This document shows positions 18,955 through 21,441 of a stretch of 21,441 bases of DNA, piece after piece (position 1 is the first letter of the stretch; every line of letters starts with the position of its first letter). Source of the DNA: Bdellovibrionales bacterium (GTDB lineage Bacteria > Bdellovibrionota > Bdellovibrionia > Bdellovibrionales > JAMPXM01); the NCBI GenBank assembly GCA_043739185.1, contig JAYUEN010000064.1, positions 1-21,441 of the forward strand. The letters run 5' to 3'. Under the pieces are notes generated by a model. That model ran no database searches. It had not been told where the DNA came from and saw only the letters and a program-made list of their open reading frames with translations. A program made the translations under genes and the position numbers.

Positions 18955-21336
18955 ATGAAACCTACTTTTCACTTGATATGCATTTTATCTTTAGTAAGTC
19001 AGGGGGCCTTTGCGGCTTATCCGACGGCACAACAGACTCTAGACTCTCAGAGACAACAACAGCACCAACAGGCACAGTTGCCACAACAGCCTCCCGCGCA
19101 TTATCCACCAGCGGCACCTCTGGCGCCAGTGCCACAAGTGCAGCGTCCGGCAGCTCCACCGGCTCCAGCCGTAGCAGTCATTCCGCAAGTTGACCACAAT
19201 GCACAAGTTAATTTGAGGATAGATGCTAGCGGAAATTTGATTTTGTCTGGACAGACATTATGTGATTCAAACACCTTTTCGATTGAAGTGAACTCGACAG
19301 GAAATTCGGCGCAGGATTTTTATGTTTCTGATAATGGTCGAACTTCTTGGGATATTTCTACGGATTCAACCAAGTGTGCAAACGAGCCAATATCAATGAC
19401 TTTAAAGAGAAGTAGTTTGGTTCCAGGAAGAATTCTAAGCATTCAAACTTCGTGGAAGAGACTTGTGAATGGAAATCAAAACCTATCAAGCCAAACGCAT
19501 AAGTTTGATTTTTTGGTTCCATGCCAAGAGAATATGTTTGCGAACTCTTTTAACGGCCGATGGACAAAAGACATTTCGGTTGCGGGAGTGCCGAATGCTG
19601 TGAATTGCCCCGCACCTGTTGTTGCACATCCAAATTACCCACCAGCTCCGATAAACCATGTCGTCGTAGCGCCTCAGCCTGCGCCACAAGCACCAGCAGC
19701 TCCATCAGCAGCACAGGTTGAAGATTATGGTCGCAGACAAGGTGATCACATGGCCAAGCGTGTTTACAATTATTACGGCCAGCTTGAAAATAAAATGTTT
19801 AGTTATGTAATTGGACTCAACAACGGAATCAAACAATATAAGAGAGACGCAGGCGATGACGAAACCCAAACCCGAGACTTTCAAAAGGGTCAAGTTTCTG
19901 GCGATCGTTTTGGCCAGTCAAAAGGCGGACCTGCAGGCTTGAGACGTGCCGATGACATTGGTACAAGCGACGGACGACGTTTCGCGATTTCAAGATTTGA
20001 TTCGGCAATTGATCGCAAAGATGCCGGCGGAAATCCTTTTCCGGTGAATAAAAGCGCAATTGTTGATCCTGCGATTCCGGCGCAACAATATTCACCGGAG
20101 TGTCCGGTGCCAGAGACTCTTGCACAGGCAATCGACAAACAAAATGGCATAGAGTCAATTAAGAAAATGTTGTTTGGTTATAGCTATGCAGGCTTTGAGC
20201 AGGGCGAATCTTTTGATCGCAATATTGCAAATAACCTCGAAGATTTCTTCACAGGATTTTCTGTAAATGATTACTACTCTGCTATTTTGGCTGATAATTT
20301 TAGAAGAGCGAATTTCTTAAAATCATACGGCAATGCAGATTGGGGTCTTGAAATGTGGAGAAATAAAAATCTTCAAGATCGAAACAAACCCTACGCTTTA
20401 GATTATTTGGCTTCGTTGTCACCAGATTTGCAAGAGCGCTTCGTAATGAGTTTCCGTGATGCATATTTGTTGAGAATAAACTTCTTATGGGATCAAAATA
20501 TTCGAAATATTGATGCGAACTTTGAAATTCAAGGTATGCAAAATGGCCAAATCGTAATGAATATTTTGAATCAGCAACATGGAGTAGTAGACGGCTGCCA
20601 AAGTGGGTATTTTAATGCTGCAAAGGCTGCATTTGATGCGCAGTATCCGACTTATTTCGGAAACTCTTTTTCAAATACTATTCAAACCTACTCTCAAAAT
20701 CCCGAAATCGAAAAAGTAACTGCCGCGATCTTTGAAAGTTCAGGAAAGAGTTGGCTCCCAGGATCAGGAGTATCGGTCGTAGTCAGTCAAATTACAAATG
20801 CGGGTGAAATTGCCGGCAATTTGACAGTTGCCCCGGTCTTGACTTCACAAGTTGTAAAAGGCGCAGGCGATGCGAATGCTATTGTAGTTGCCCGGGCACT
20901 TTCGAACAATCTGAAATCACAAATATCTCCTCGTCTTGCAACGATTCAGAATCCTCCGTTAAACGAAGGAATGACCGTGATGGCGACAGCAGGTGGAGTG
21001 AGCACAAGTCTTGTAATCACAGTAACCATCAATAATGTATTGGCTGCAATTGCTGCCAACGATTCAAGTGTTGGCTTGTATAAGCAATATTTGCTGGGAT
21101 ATTTGAGCAAAGAGTGGAGCGAAAATAGCGGTTATAGAATGGGCCTGTTCGGAGACGGAATTTATGGAGCCAAGGGAAATAGCTTGCTTGCGCAAGTTGT
21201 GAATGCATCCCTAACATTGAGCGCGGCACAACAGAATGTGCTTCGCCAAGGTTTCAAAAATGACATTCAAGCTGTTTACTCAAATGGTGACAAAAAGAAG
21301 ATTAAAGAAGCAAACGCCATTTTAAAGAATATGTAG
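18955..21336 (+). CDS. Large secreted hypothetical protein (793 aa) with Pro/Gln-rich linkers and GxxxG helical repeats
   Basis: ATG at 18955 after SD AAGGAG; signal peptide MKPTFHLICILSLVSQGAFA; long uninterrupted ORF; no family recognised. Confidence 0.88.
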   Translation: MKPTFHLICILSLVSQGAFAAYPTAQQTLDSQRQQQHQQAQLPQQPPAHYPPAAPLAPVPQVQRPAAPPAPAVAVIPQVDHNAQVNLRIDASGNLILSGQTLCDSNTFSIEVNSTGNSAQDFYVSDNGRTSWDISTDSTKCANEPISMTLKRSSLVPGRILSIQTSWKRLVNGNQNLSSQTHKFDFLVPCQENMFANSFNGRWTKDISVAGVPNAVNCPAPVVAHPNYPPAPINHVVVAPQPAPQAPAAPSAAQVEDYGRRQGDHMAKRVYNYYGQLENKMFSYVIGLNNGIKQYKRDAGDDETQTRDFQKGQVSGDRFGQSKGGPAGLRRADDIGTSDGRRFAISRFDSAIDRKDAGGNPFPVNKSAIVDPAIPAQQYSPECPVPETLAQAIDKQNGIESIKKMLFGYSYAGFEQGESFDRNIANNLEDFFTGFSVNDYYSAILADNFRRANFLKSYGNADWGLEMWRNKNLQDRNKPYALDYLASLSPDLQERFVMSFRDAYLLRINFLWDQNIRNIDANFEIQGMQNGQIVMNILNQQHGVVDGCQSGYFNAAKAAFDAQYPTYFGNSFSNTIQTYSQNPEIEKVTAAIFESSGKSWLPGSGVSVVVSQITNAGEIAGNLTVAPVLTSQVVKGAGDANAIVVARALSNNLKSQISPRLATIQNPPLNEGMTVMATAGGVSTSLVITVTINNVLAAIAANDSSVGLYKQYLLGYLSKEWSENSGYRMGLFGDGIYGAKGNSLLAQVVNASLTLSAAQQNVLRQGFKNDIQAVYSNGDKKKIKEANAILKNM

Positions 21337-21344
21337 TTCCCCGA

Positions 21345-21415
21345 AATGTACCTGCTTAGTTTTGGAGGCGCACGGCGTTCAATACGCCGCGCCTCCAAAA
21401 CTAAGCAGGTACATT
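21345..21415. repeat. 71-bp palindromic element, copy 2 (inverted relative to copy 1)
   Basis: The 27-bp arms are identical to copy 1 (21345-21371 and 21389-21415). The core ACGGCGTTCAATACGCC is the reverse complement of the copy-1 core with 2 substitutions. Confidence 0.93.
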
Positions 21416-21441
21416 ACAGCTTTCTGCCACCTAATAAATGT
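21414..21441 (-). CDS. Probable C-terminal end of a convergent gene, possibly a HIT (histidine triad, HinT-like) protein; partial
   Basis: The minus strand reads CAT TTA TTA GGT GGC AGA AAG CTG TAA = HLLGGRKL*, resembling the HxHxH-LLGGR end of HinT proteins. Only 8 sense codons are visible. Confidence 0.45.

Noticed and set aside
11459..21415. Composite transposon or invertible segment bounded by the two hairpin elements
   Set aside because: The enclosed genes are housekeeping, and there is no transposase, recombinase or target duplication. Independent insertions explain the pattern more simply.

Overview
A roughly 41% GC bacterial chromosomal segment. The gene set and protein styles suggest Bdellovibrionota or a related deltaproteobacterium-like lineage (inference). 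From left to right: (1) a large minus-strand secreted DUF6600-like Trp-rich protein with a Pro/Gln tandem-repeat tail, which runs off the left edge and is missing from the ORF track; (2) a three-gene NAD(P) transhydrogenase (pntAa-pntAb-pntB) divergent from a pirin; (3) a putative operon of hypothetical, cupredoxin-domain protein, orphan CpaF/TadA ATPase and sensor-like hypothetical, followed by enolase; (4) a BI-1/YccA membrane protein; (5) a stand-alone spdEFG1/mtEFG1-type fusA coupled to dcd; (6) an operon of class II amidotransferase, recQ, aat, slyD and pdxH; (7) a 793-aa secreted protein of unknown function; (8) probably the last codons of a HIT-family gene at the right edge. The most striking non-coding feature is a 71-bp hairpin element with perfect 27-bp arms. 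It occurs twice, in opposite orientations, each time between convergent genes and overlapping a stop codon (REP/REPIN/MITE-like). Both large secreted Pro/Gln-rich genes have a candidate sigma54 -24/-12 promoter. No rRNA, tRNA, CRISPR array or transposase was seen.
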